Below are positions 46,745 through 56,378 of a DNA stretch of 64,000 bases, in pieces (position 1 is the stretch's first letter; each line of letters starts with the position of its first letter). A model generated the notes under the pieces. It saw only the letters and a list, made by a program, of their open reading frames with translations. It ran no database searches and was not told where the DNA came from. The stretch is from an uncultured Ruminiclostridium sp. (GTDB lineage Bacteria; Bacillota; Clostridia; Oscillospirales; Ruminococcaceae). The position numbers were made by a program, and so were the translations under genes. The DNA is taken from positions 161 to 64,160 of the forward strand of contig CAJUQV010000018.1 in the NCBI GenBank assembly GCA_910588335.1. The letters are read 5' to 3'.

Positions 46745-48127
46745 TTATTGGAAATCAGCTAAGAAAGAATCAATAACGCCCTCGTTTTCGGTGCGGAGCT
46801 GTGTCCAGCCCTTCTGGTTCTCATCCTGCACAAATGCTATATTTATAAGCATATCGTCAATAACCTTGGTAAGGTCATCGCTGAAGCCGTAGTAACCGTC
46901 AACAACTACGTCGTATTGAGTAACATCTTCGAAGCTCAGGATGAAATCAAGCTCTTCACGTGTGTAATGCTTGCTTGCCATCATACTTTCGTTAACAACC
47001 GCCTTAAGCTCAGGGTCAACAAGGCTCTTGCGAACCATATTGATGAACGCCGCGGCACCCTGGGGATTGGGCGAACCGCTGGGAACCATATATCCGAACG
47101 CGGTCAGACTGCGGTAGTACTTATCCGCAAGGGGATCCTTGGGGAAAGGAACGAACTCATATTCGTCGGTATAAACTTCTTCGTTGCAGAATTCAGAGAA
47201 CTTCCAGTCTCCTACGCCCAGGAAAGCCACGTTGCCGCTGGCGAGAGGCTCGGTCTCGTTGCTCCACATTCCATCGCCTCTTACCGCATAATTTTCCTTA
47301 CGAAGCTCCATAAGGAAGTTGGCGGCTCTCTCAATGTTGGGGTTTGCAAAATTCTTGGTTATAGTACCATCCGCTTCAATGCCGATAAGAGGAACTCCGG
47401 TGCTTAAGAAGATTTCGGTACCCAATATACCATAGACACCGCCGATAGCGTCGGGATTAACTCTCGTAAACTCCTCCATAATATTCTTAAAGGCAGTCCA
47501 ATCCCACTGGTTGTTGTCATAAAGCTCTCTGGGGTTCTTCAGGCCGTAAGAATCGAACAAACTCGCGTTGTAAATCAAGCCGTTAGCCAAAGCATTGGTT
47601 GCAAAAGGATAGAAATAATGCTTGCCCTTCCAAGCAAATTTATCAACAAGCCCCTTGAAACCTTCGGTCCACTGCGGCTCCGACATATAAGGCTCAAAGT
47701 ATTCGGTCATATCGGTATAAAGGTTCTTCTGCATAAGAGACGGGAAAGTAAGGTTTTCCTTATCTACCAAGTCGGGAGACTGACCGGTTGTAACAAGAGT
47801 TTGAAGCTTGTCAAGCCTGTCTCCCCAAGGAACGGTCATGTAGTCGATCTTTCCTCCGTAGGTCTCTTCAAACAGCTTTACTGCGGGCTTAATGTCACCT
47901 GCCGTGCGGATATCGTAAAAGCCGAAATAAACAAGATTCGGATTATCAAGTGTTTTCTCCGGTTCGGTTACGAAATTGTTGATATCAACGGGATTGTTAA
48001 TATCATCGTCCAATGTGTTGGATGTCGTGGTCACTTCGCCAAGACCGCCGCTTTGTTCACAAGCGGTAAGACCCAAAATCATTGAAGCACAAAGAGCAAG
48101 CGAAATGATTTTTTTACTGGTTTTCAT
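46745..48127 (-). CDS. extracellular solute-binding lipoprotein (family 1, carbohydrate type), orphan
   Basis: Signal peptide with lipobox LGLTAC from the ATG at 48127. The SBP fold is full length. There are no adjacent permease or ATPase genes. Confidence 0.8.
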   Translation of the reverse strand: MKTSKKIISLALCASMILGLTACEQSGGLGEVTTTSNTLDDDINNPVDINNFVTEPEKTLDNPNLVYFGFYDIRTAGDIKPAVKLFEETYGGKIDYMTVPWGDRLDKLQTLVTTGQSPDLVDKENLTFPSLMQKNLYTDMTEYFEPYMSEPQWTEGFKGLVDKFAWKGKHYFYPFATNALANGLIYNASLFDSYGLKNPRELYDNNQWDWTAFKNIMEEFTRVNPDAIGGVYGILGTEIFLSTGVPLIGIEADGTITKNFANPNIERAANFLMELRKENYAVRGDGMWSNETEPLASGNVAFLGVGDWKFSEFCNEEVYTDEYEFVPFPKDPLADKYYRSLTAFGYMVPSGSPNPQGAAAFINMVRKSLVDPELKAVVNESMMASKHYTREELDFILSFEDVTQYDVVVDGYYGFSDDLTKVIDDMLINIAFVQDENQKGWTQLRTENEGVIDSFLADFQ

Positions 48128-48283
48128 TGTAATTTTCCTTTCATAAGTTTTTTTGACCGACGTTCTATCGTTCAAGAAACGACAGTCTTTATCAATACCC
48201 GTCACAATCATTTCACAGACAATCTGTACGAATTCCGAAAACGGGTACGAGACAATTTTTGGACACCGGAATATATCGACTTA

Positions 48284-49066
48284 TTAAAAAGTTTTTCTGT
48301 ATTCCGTTGGCGTCATTCCGTAAATTTGCTTGAATTTTCGCATAAAGCTGTATTCACTGATGTAGCCGCACTTTTGAGCTATCTGGTTCACATTAAGGCT
48401 GGTTGTTGTCAAAAGCCGCTCCGCCCGCAAAAATCTGCTTTTGGTTATATCCTCCAGAACGCTTACACCAAAAAATCTCTTATAAGAATGCTGAAACCCC
48501 GAATAACTCATTCCGGAATACTTGGCTATCTCGGCAACGCTCGACATTTCGTCGGGATCGGAATATATGCAATTTCTCAGATGAACAAAAAAATAGTGCT
48601 TATTGGACGTACTGAGTGAGTTTGGGGGGGGAACGGTTCTTATACTGCGGCTGAGCTTAAGAAAAAATAATTCCATATAGCGGGATTCAATCATCTCCCG
48701 CTCTTTGTCAAAGATATGATGTTCGTATGACACTTGCTGAAGAATCTGGGAAAGTTCATCGGCGTTTTTTACGAGAACCACCTCATTTATGGGGATATCA
48801 AGACCGCGGATAAATTTTTCGTCGCCTTCTTCAAAATCAAAAAATATCCAGTCATATACAAAAACGTCATCGCTTCCGTAGCGAAAAGGCATATCGGGAG
48901 TAAACACAATAAAGGAGCTTTCGGGAACAGAAATTTTTTTATTGTTGAGAACAAACTCGGCAGGCGATTTTGTAAGCGCCATGAATCCGCAGCCCAATCC
49001 TTCTGGATTTTCAAAATAACAGCCTGCGTCACGGCGATAATGGCATCCTATGGTGCCTATTTTCAT
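48284..49066 (-). CDS. AraC family transcriptional regulator
   Basis: 260 aa with an N-terminal cupin-like sensor half and a C-terminal double HTH (..YSGFQHSYKRFFG.., ..MTPTEYRK). Confidence 0.85.
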   Translation of the reverse strand: MKIGTIGCHYRRDAGCYFENPEGLGCGFMALTKSPAEFVLNNKKISVPESSFIVFTPDMPFRYGSDDVFVYDWIFFDFEEGDEKFIRGLDIPINEVVLVKNADELSQILQQVSYEHHIFDKEREMIESRYMELFFLKLSRSIRTVPPPNSLSTSNKHYFFVHLRNCIYSDPDEMSSVAEIAKYSGMSYSGFQHSYKRFFGVSVLEDITKSRFLRAERLLTTTSLNVNQIAQKCGYISEYSFMRKFKQIYGMTPTEYRKTF

Positions 49067-49271
49067 TTGTTAGTCACCTCATATAAATCTTTTCACTTTC
49101 CCCTAAGTTCAATAATAATTATAACATTATTGCAGATTAACCACAATACTCTATTATGTTGATAACACTATCCGTTTATGCTTTTTTTCGTTTTTTTATT
49201 TGTCAAATTATACATTATTTTTTCTGTAAATAAAATAAATAGAGAGTTTTTGCACAAACAAAACGATTTTA

Positions 49272-49380
49272 TATACTAATCTTTGATCAAGGTATAGACA
49301 AGTAATGCGGATGATCAAAGATTACTGTTTAAGGTGCAATCTTTAATCAAGTCTACAACTTGATTAAAGATTGGTATTAC
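49272..49380 (+). repeat. repeat family 1, best-preserved two-module copy
   Basis: Module 1 is TAATCTTTGATCA-loop-TGATCAAAGATTA (13 bp perfect). Module 2 is AATCTTTAATCAA-GTCTACAAC-TTGATTAAAGATT (13 bp perfect). The termini are TACTAATC / GATTGGTA. The flanking TTA (49377-49379) is the cotH stop codon. Confidence 0.75.
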
Positions 49381-51743
49381 GTTATTTTTTCCGTTTTATA
49401 TCTGCCGTCGGCGCTCCTCACAAGCTGAAAATTCTCGTCCATATCCACAACCGCGACTTTTGAAATAATCATACCGTCGGAATTGGATAAATAAACCGTT
49501 TCGCCCGTTTTCAGGTTAAAGTTGGTAACCAGCTTCTGAAGCGCCGAAGTATCGTTGTTGTTTTTGCATACTATTGTAAGTTCGCTTTCCGCCTTTATCG
49601 AAACGGAAGGTATTTCCCAGCGATCAAGCTTTTTTTTCGTGTCGGAAAGGCAGAACCCATCCAACTTCACATCCTGCGAATTGGGATTGTAAAGTGTTAT
49701 GCTGTCAGAATCTCCGGCGGTATAAAGCTTGCTTATATAAATCGGTTCACCGATAACCGGTATTTTTTCGTAAACTGCTTTTACCGTAATGTTACCGTCC
49801 TGTGCAATATCGGAGGTTATAACCGTTTCCGGCTCTTCAATGCGTTCTCCGTTAATATCCCAATAAGAAAAAACATATCCGGTATACGGCGCTGCCTTTA
49901 TAGAAACATAACAATCAGAAAAATAATTCCTCGCCGATTTTTCCCCGCCGATTATTTCTACCGAATTTAAAAAAGCGGTACCGCCCTCTCCGTTTATAAG
50001 CGCGATATTTGTCATATCATTTTCAAAACCCATCACTTTTGTAATATCCCTTATAACTATATCCGCGCGGTTCATGAAAAAGTCGCGTATCTGCTGCCTG
50101 CTGTCGGCAAAGGTTTCCCTTCTTGCCCATGTTGATGTATAACCGTTATCAAGAGCATACATACATTCGGTGTCACATAAAGCTATTTTTTCCTCAACTA
50201 CCTTAAGCGCGTTTTCATAGGACATCTCCCCGTACATCAGATCGCATATTGTATTGGCAAGTTTTACCTTCATATCCTCCCGCTCAAGGAGAGCGGTAAG
50301 AAAAACAGACGCTCCTCCCATATGCTTTCCGTTCAGCAGATAAGACAAAGTAGGCTCTCTGTATCCGTTTCCGTAAAGTCCCATACCAAATTCCACGTCA
50401 AAAAGCAGAAAACGCCATTTTCCGTCAAGATAAGGGCTTGTAACCTCCTCGTCATCGGAAGGATAGTAACGCCATGCCTTAAAGTTATTTCCGGGCCAGT
50501 CCTCGTTGTTGATATAAATCTGTATGGAGTAATAAAGCATAAGATTGTCAATATCCACAAGAGAACAGAATTCTTCAAATTTCGTATCGTCGGTTAAACC
50601 GCTTCTCGCCAAATCACACACATAATTGTAGTCCTCGGTGCTTTTCAGGTCGTAAAAATCGCTGTCCTCATCATTTTCGTCAAGCTCCGCCTCACAGTGG
50701 CCAACTATACGGAAGTTGTCTTTATTCCCTCCATAGGTGGATTCAAGATAACCCGCGCAATACGCCTCATGAAGCCATGCAAAGCCATAGTATTTTCCGT
50801 TCAGGAATACAGCCGCGGGTATGGTATCATGTGTATCTGGAAAACCCGCGTTTTTTGCAAGCTGATTTCCCACCTCGTCTCGTATGCTGGCAAATTCGCG
50901 GTCATTAGCATTATTTCTCAGCGTAATACGATCATATCTGTCTATTAGCTGTCCGTAAGCGTCGGTGGTTACTCCGAAGAACGGATACTTAAACATTCCG
51001 TTGCCTTCACTGTACTCGTTTCGGGCAATAAGCCGCCACGACTTCTGATCCACCGCTCTCGAAACACCGCCCACTACTCTGCCTCCGGCCGCCTGTTCCA
51101 AAAGCTGCTTTCCTTTGCTGTCGTATACCTCCACGTACATATCACGTTCGCTTTCGCGTCCGCTTATAAACCAGTTGGCGGGGGCGTCATAGGGGATTTC
51201 GCCGCCTTTGTACTCGTTTTCAAGCCACTGATCCCTTACATAGCCTTCCACGCACACGCCGTAGTTATAATCATATAAGTTGTATGGATCGGTAGAAAGC
51301 ACAAAAACATATGTAGAGTCGTCAAAGCGCTCAAAAACGTTTTTACCGGTTATATAACTTTTAGTCTGCATTTCGGAGGTTACTTCGCCGTTTACTGCCA
51401 CAGCCTTTATCGTGGTAGCGTTTACCGTATTACCCGCCTTTACCACTATCGGCTTTGTATATTTTTTAGAACCCCTGTCGGGCGTGGAGCCGTCAAGCGA
51501 ATAGTAAATCTCCGTTCCTTCGTTTTTACAGCTTATCTCAACCTCTATTGTTTCATCGTAAAAGGTTTCTTTATGAGAAAACTTCAAATGCAGCGGATCT
51601 TCGCTTACCGGTTCGGGCAATTGATTTTCATCGTCTTTGAGTATGCTCTGCTGCTCCTCCTGAAATTGAGGATACATAACCAGTCCCACACCGGCGACAG
51701 CACCCACCAATAACAGTATTATAATTACAATTAATTTTTTCAT
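49377..51743 (-). CDS. CotH kinase family protein with N-terminal TM anchor, Chb-Hex-C-like domain and C-terminal lamin-tail domain
   Basis: 788 aa with a CotH core (..ITLRNNANDREFASIRDE..FLNGKYYGFAWLHE..), a List-Bact-type repeat, and an LTD-like C-terminus. Confidence 0.75.
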   Translation of the reverse strand: MKKLIVIIILLLVGAVAGVGLVMYPQFQEEQQSILKDDENQLPEPVSEDPLHLKFSHKETFYDETIEVEISCKNEGTEIYYSLDGSTPDRGSKKYTKPIVVKAGNTVNATTIKAVAVNGEVTSEMQTKSYITGKNVFERFDDSTYVFVLSTDPYNLYDYNYGVCVEGYVRDQWLENEYKGGEIPYDAPANWFISGRESERDMYVEVYDSKGKQLLEQAAGGRVVGGVSRAVDQKSWRLIARNEYSEGNGMFKYPFFGVTTDAYGQLIDRYDRITLRNNANDREFASIRDEVGNQLAKNAGFPDTHDTIPAAVFLNGKYYGFAWLHEAYCAGYLESTYGGNKDNFRIVGHCEAELDENDEDSDFYDLKSTEDYNYVCDLARSGLTDDTKFEEFCSLVDIDNLMLYYSIQIYINNEDWPGNNFKAWRYYPSDDEEVTSPYLDGKWRFLLFDVEFGMGLYGNGYREPTLSYLLNGKHMGGASVFLTALLEREDMKVKLANTICDLMYGEMSYENALKVVEEKIALCDTECMYALDNGYTSTWARRETFADSRQQIRDFFMNRADIVIRDITKVMGFENDMTNIALINGEGGTAFLNSVEIIGGEKSARNYFSDCYVSIKAAPYTGYVFSYWDINGERIEEPETVITSDIAQDGNITVKAVYEKIPVIGEPIYISKLYTAGDSDSITLYNPNSQDVKLDGFCLSDTKKKLDRWEIPSVSIKAESELTIVCKNNNDTSALQKLVTNFNLKTGETVYLSNSDGMIISKVAVVDMDENFQLVRSADGRYKTEKIT

Positions 51744-51745
51744 TT

Positions 51746-53182
51746 TTAATTCCTTTCGCCGCGTTGGCTACTATCGTCATTTATCCTATTTAAAACTGCC
51801 TCTCTGCACAAAACAGGGTCGCTCTTTCCCTCCGACAGCTTCATGCACCATCCTACCAAAAAAGCCAATACATTGGTTTTCCCTTTTCTGTAATCCTCGA
51901 CGCTCTTAGGGTTTTCATCCAAAACACGCTTTACCAATTCTTCTATGTAATCGGAATCCGATATCTGTTCAAGCTTAAGCTCTTTTAAAAGAATATCTAT
52001 ATCGCCGCCTCCTGCGATATGATTTTCAAAAAGAAGCTTTGCCGCGGTAGAGGATATAACGCCTTTTTCCCTTAGTCTTGCGATTTTGCATAAGGCGAGG
52101 CAAAATTCATCGGTATTATTCTCTTTCAGATAATCCGGTTCCGCGTTCAAAAATTCGGCGACTATTCCGTTTATTAGTCCAGAAAGGGTTTTGGCATCGC
52201 ACAAATTCAAATCAACGCATTCGTTAAAAATCCGATCTTTTTCGGGATCAATGACGATATCCTCCGCCACCTGAGTTGAAATTCCCAATGACGCGTAATA
52301 TAAACGCTTTTTATTTGGGAGCATCGGCAAAAGCGAAAAAACTTCCCGTATAAAATCATCACTGAGAGTTATTTCCGAAAAATCCGGTTCATCAAAATAC
52401 CGATAATCCGCCGTTTTTTCCTTACTCCGCAAGATTACGCTTTCTTTTTTTTGTGAATCCCAGCGCCTTGTTTCGCGAAAAACGCATTTTCCTTCTTCAA
52501 TTAGCTTTTTTTGACGTTTTTCTTCATAAAGTATTCCTTCGTATACATTGGAAAATCCGCTTACGTTTTTCAATTCGCACCGTTCGCCGTAAGGCTCGCC
52601 TCGGCGATGAACCGACACGTTTACATCACAGCGCATACTTCCCCGTTCGATCCTGCAATCCGAAACGCCCGAATATATCATAATAAGTCTGAGTTCCTTC
52701 AAAAAGTCAACCGCCTCCGCCGCCGAATTAAAGCAGGGCTTTGTTACCAGTTCTATAAGCGGTATGCCGCAGCGATTAAAATCAATACCGTTTTCATAAA
52801 GCTTTCCGGCATCTTCCTCAAGATGTATATCGGATATAGGATACTTTTTTCCTTTTATCTCAAGAAAACCGTTTTCACCTACCGGAGCGTCAAACTGCGA
52901 AATCTGATATCCCTTTGGCAAGTCGGGATAAAAATAATTTTTCCTTGACATTTTAAAGCGCCTGTTTATTTTGCAGTTCAAAGCCAGTCCCGCCCGCACC
53001 GCAAGCTCCACAGCTCTTTTGTTCACTGCGGGAAGAGTTCCGGGATATCCCGTGCAAAGCGGACAGATTACAGTATTTTCCTTCTTTCCGAAGGTGTTTT
53101 TACAGGAGCAGTACATTTTTGTTTCTGTCAGAAGCTCCGTATGTACTTCAAGGCCTATTATCGTTTCAAACTCGCTGACCAT
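51746..53182 (-). CDS. gatB: Asp-tRNA(Asn)/Glu-tRNA(Gln) amidotransferase subunit B
   Basis: 478 aa with IIGLEVHTEL, CSC..CPLC and a YqeY-like tail. The stop lies 2 nt before the cotH start. Confidence 0.92.
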   Translation of the reverse strand: MVSEFETIIGLEVHTELLTETKMYCSCKNTFGKKENTVICPLCTGYPGTLPAVNKRAVELAVRAGLALNCKINRRFKMSRKNYFYPDLPKGYQISQFDAPVGENGFLEIKGKKYPISDIHLEEDAGKLYENGIDFNRCGIPLIELVTKPCFNSAAEAVDFLKELRLIMIYSGVSDCRIERGSMRCDVNVSVHRRGEPYGERCELKNVSGFSNVYEGILYEEKRQKKLIEEGKCVFRETRRWDSQKKESVILRSKEKTADYRYFDEPDFSEITLSDDFIREVFSLLPMLPNKKRLYYASLGISTQVAEDIVIDPEKDRIFNECVDLNLCDAKTLSGLINGIVAEFLNAEPDYLKENNTDEFCLALCKIARLREKGVISSTAAKLLFENHIAGGGDIDILLKELKLEQISDSDYIEELVKRVLDENPKSVEDYRKGKTNVLAFLVGWCMKLSEGKSDPVLCREAVLNRINDDSSQRGERN

Positions 53183-53321
53183 TTTTTACACTTTTCCTTT
53201 CCCCCGCGGTGAATTGACCCAACACCGACACAGCAGGTCGGAAAAATACAATTTTACGTATTCCTTCATAATTTTTAATGGGCGTAAATTACTTATTCCC
53301 ATGAGAACCCAACCTTATATT

Positions 53322-53350
53322 ATTTTATCATAAAAAAAACGGTATGGCAA
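53322..53350 (-). promoter_or_regulatory. candidate promoter of gatB
   Basis: Minus strand TTGCCA-17 nt-TAAAAT with a TGA extended -10. Confidence 0.45.
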
Positions 53351-53380
53351 TACACGAAGATAAATTTCTCAAAAAATTTA

Positions 53381-53409
53381 TTTACAAAAGCCGTATTAAA
53401 AGGTATAAT
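53381..53409 (+). promoter_or_regulatory. candidate promoter of the APH-like kinase gene
   Basis: TTTACA-17 nt-TATAAT. Confidence 0.5.
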
Positions 53410-53450
53410 ATTAAAAAATGGAATAGCCTTCAGGCTTAAAGGAGAAAAAT

Positions 53451-54293
53451 ATGAAAAAGATACCTGTTAAAAATATTGATGATATTTCGGAATTTGTAAT
53501 GATAAATCAAGGAAATACTGCCGAAATATATCAGTATGGCGATACCGAAATACTTAAATTATTCAGGGATGACATGCCTTTTTCATTAATAAATAAAGAA
53601 TATGAAATCGGGAAAGAGGTAAACCATAAATTAAAAAACACGCCTAAGGTGTTTGAAATGATTTCATATGAATCAAGATACGGCATTATTTACGAACGAA
53701 TCACGGGCGGCGATATGATCGGCGCAATGCTTGGCAAAATATACAGAATACGGAAATACTCAAGAACATTGGCTTCGATTCATTTGGAAATTCATAAAAA
53801 TCGAATTGATATACTGAACAATGTAAAAGAATACCTTTGCGAAAATATTGATTCCGCCGACGTACTTACCGATTCGGAAAAGGATAAGATCAAATCCTAC
53901 ATAAATAAACTACCGGACAAAAATAATCTGTGTCATTTTGATTTTCATCCGGGAAACGTAATGATACAGGACAATACTTTTTATGTTATAGATTGGATGA
54001 CTGCTTGTACCGGCGACGCAAACGCCGATGTCGCAAGAACGCTTCTGCTCTTACGGTACGGTGAGCTGAAATACGGAAATCATTTTATAAAAGCCATGGT
54101 ACAAATTTTTAAAAGATATATCGGAAAAATTTATTTCAGAGAGTACAAAAAAATAACCGGAATAACAAAATACGATACGGAGCAATGGATCCTTCCGCTC
54201 GCTGCGGCAAGGCTGACTGAATGGATTACAGACAGTGAAAAGCAGAAATTGTTGAAGCTTGTTAAAGAAAAACTAAAATATCTTAAAGATTGA
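53451..54293 (+). CDS. aminoglycoside/choline-kinase-like phosphotransferase (APH family)
   Basis: 280 aa with catalytic loop HFDFHPGNVM and metal-binding IDW. Confidence 0.75.
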   Translation: MKKIPVKNIDDISEFVMINQGNTAEIYQYGDTEILKLFRDDMPFSLINKEYEIGKEVNHKLKNTPKVFEMISYESRYGIIYERITGGDMIGAMLGKIYRIRKYSRTLASIHLEIHKNRIDILNNVKEYLCENIDSADVLTDSEKDKIKSYINKLPDKNNLCHFDFHPGNVMIQDNTFYVIDWMTACTGDANADVARTLLLLRYGELKYGNHFIKAMVQIFKRYIGKIYFREYKKITGITKYDTEQWILPLAAARLTEWITDSEKQKLLKLVKEKLKYLKD

Positions 54294-54317
54294 AAATTTA
54301 TCCCCATATAACACTCT

Positions 54318-54365
54318 GAGCCGACAGACCCGCAAAAATTGCGGTTTGCCGGCTCTCCGTTTATT
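54318..54365 (+). terminator. terminator after the kinase gene
   Basis: GAGCCG..CCCGCAAAAATTGCGG..CGGCTC nested hairpin followed by TCCGTTTATTT. Confidence 0.45.
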
Positions 54366-54965
54366 TCAGCATACGCACCCTATTTTCCTCATTAAATTTT
54401 TCATTTCGCAAATACCCTTATTCTGTTCGGAAACTATATCCTTCAATATAGGCACCAGCGGCTGACAAACATTGTATTTCAAAGCATTTTCCGCCATTTT
54501 CACCGCTCCCATGTGATGCGGAATCATTTCCCGCATAAAATTGCAGTTTATATTGTTGTCGCCGTATACCGAACGCATTTTCTCAAACATATTATGTATT
54601 ATCCTGTCCGTATCGCGCTGATAAAGACAAACGTCGCATTTCGGACTGCATATTTCGCCGCACTTGGCCTGAATTCGGCTCATTTCCTCTATCCCCAGCC
54701 TCTGAGCGGATACGATGTTTTCGGCAATGCATTGAAGAGGTACAAGAGTGGTGTACCTGAGTATGTTTTCAGACATTTCCACCGCCGCCATGTGATGAGG
54801 TATCATCTGGACAATAAAATTCCCCGATATGCTGTCGGACAGCTTTGCCCTCGTCATTTTTTCGATCATATTATCCAGAATACAATAATAGTCGCTGATA
54901 TAATTTTTTGCAACATTGCTTAACATACACGATCTCATTACAACATCTCCCTTCGTATAAAGCAT
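54366..54965 (-). CDS. DUF305 family protein (duplicated HH-motif four-helix type), Cys-rich
   Basis: Two repeats, MIPHHMAAVEM and MIPHHMGAVKM. There is no obvious signal peptide, and the C-terminus is GCVC. The exact start is uncertain. Confidence 0.65.
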   Translation of the reverse strand: MLYTKGDVVMRSCMLSNVAKNYISDYYCILDNMIEKMTRAKLSDSISGNFIVQMIPHHMAAVEMSENILRYTTLVPLQCIAENIVSAQRLGIEEMSRIQAKCGEICSPKCDVCLYQRDTDRIIHNMFEKMRSVYGDNNINCNFMREMIPHHMGAVKMAENALKYNVCQPLVPILKDIVSEQNKGICEMKNLMRKIGCVC

Positions 54966-55075
54966 TATATTCGTAATCCTTAAAATGTGTTACTTCTAAA
55001 TATTGACTTAATGGTCATTTTATGGTAAAATAATAAAATACTGTATTTTTAGAAAAATGTCGAAAGGAAAAATCA

Positions 55076-55885
55076 ATGTATATCCCCGTTGACAGCCACA
55101 ATCATTCCACCCAGTCACCCGACGGTAAAAACACGCTCCGCGAAATGGCGGAAAAAGCGGCAGAGCTTGGAATAGAACACTACACCGTTACCGACCATCT
55201 TGAAATAAACAAATTCTACGACAAAGAGTTTCTGTATGAGGAACCGGTGAAACAGTCTTCTCAGCTTTTACCTGACCTGATAAAGGAATTTAAAGACAAA
55301 GTGGATATTCACTACGGTGTTGAGCTGGGACAGCCGCTTCACGATATCGAACTTACAAATCGTATGCTTAAAAACTATGAATACGAATTTATAATAGGTT
55401 CCTGTCATATGGTAAAGGGTTGGGACGATTTTTACTATCTGGATTATAAAAAAAACGATCCTCATTATTTAATGAAGCTTTATTTTGAAGAGCTTCTGGA
55501 AATGGCGGAATGGGGAAAATTTGACGTTTTAGGGCATCTTACTTACCCTTTGAGATATATCGAGGGAGATTTCGGAATAAAGATAGATATGGACAGATAC
55601 ACCGCCATAATAGAAAAAATTTTTACCACTCTTATTAAAAAAGGTATGGGAATAGAAATAAATACGTCGGGACTCAGGGAAAAAATCGGCGTTACCCTTC
55701 CCTCAGAAAAATACGTTAATTTGTACAGAGAATTAGGCGGAGAAATAATAACAATTGGATCAGACGCCCACTGCGTAGAAAATCTCGGAAAAGGCATACA
55801 GGAAGGAATTCAAATTGCCAAAAACTGCGGATTTGATAAAATATACTATTACAATCACAGAAAACCCGTTTCAATAAATATATGA
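55076..55885 (+). CDS. histidinol-phosphatase, HisJ/HisK PHP family
   Basis: 269 aa with PHP motifs DSHNHS, TDH, GSCH, LGH, GSDAH. Confidence 0.8.
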   Translation: MYIPVDSHNHSTQSPDGKNTLREMAEKAAELGIEHYTVTDHLEINKFYDKEFLYEEPVKQSSQLLPDLIKEFKDKVDIHYGVELGQPLHDIELTNRMLKNYEYEFIIGSCHMVKGWDDFYYLDYKKNDPHYLMKLYFEELLEMAEWGKFDVLGHLTYPLRYIEGDFGIKIDMDRYTAIIEKIFTTLIKKGMGIEINTSGLREKIGVTLPSEKYVNLYRELGGEIITIGSDAHCVENLGKGIQEGIQIAKNCGFDKIYYYNHRKPVSINI

Positions 55886-55898
55886 AAGGAAGAACAAC

Positions 55899-56378
55899 AT
55901 GAAAAAAATAGTTGATCTGCTTCGTGAAAACGCACGGCTTACAAACGAACAGCTGGCAGTAATCTCAGGCGTTACCGAAGAGGAGGTTGCAAAGGAAATA
56001 AAGCAGCTTGAGGATAACGGAACAATAATAGGATATTCCGCAATCATCAATGAAGAACAGCTGGATAAAAACGCCGTTACCGCATTTATAGAGGTAAAGG
56101 TATCTCCGCAGGTGGAATGCGGCTACGACGATATAGCAAAAGCCATTGCCCAGTATGACGAAGTGGATACCGTTCAGCTCATGAGCGGAAGCTTCGACCT
56201 TTCGGTAACCCTAAGGGGGAACAATCTCCGCGAGGTGGCGCTTTTCGTAAACGAAAGACTTGCTACCCTTGACGGAGTATTATCCACCACCACCCACTTC
56301 ATACTTCAGAGGTATAAGGAAAAGGGCGTTAATTTTGCGGCGGACGAAGCCGACGAAAGGAGCCTTGTGTCACCGTGA
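55899..56378 (+). CDS. Lrp/AsnC family transcriptional regulator
   Basis: 159 aa with an N-terminal HTH (LRENARLTNEQLAVISGVTEEEV) and a RAM domain. Confidence 0.85.
   Translation: MKKIVDLLRENARLTNEQLAVISGVTEEEVAKEIKQLEDNGTIIGYSAIINEEQLDKNAVTAFIEVKVSPQVECGYDDIAKAIAQYDEVDTVQLMSGSFDLSVTLRGNNLREVALFVNERLATLDGVLSTTTHFILQRYKEKGVNFAADEADERSLVSP

Noticed and set aside
53195-53225. Minus-strand leader of gatB contains GGGTCAATTCACCGCGG, reminiscent of the T-box motif GGGTGGTACCGCG.
   Set aside because: The UGG that pairs with the tRNA acceptor end is missing. The leader is only about 150 nt, and I see no specifier loop, AGAGA or GNUGGA elements and no terminator/antiterminator pair.
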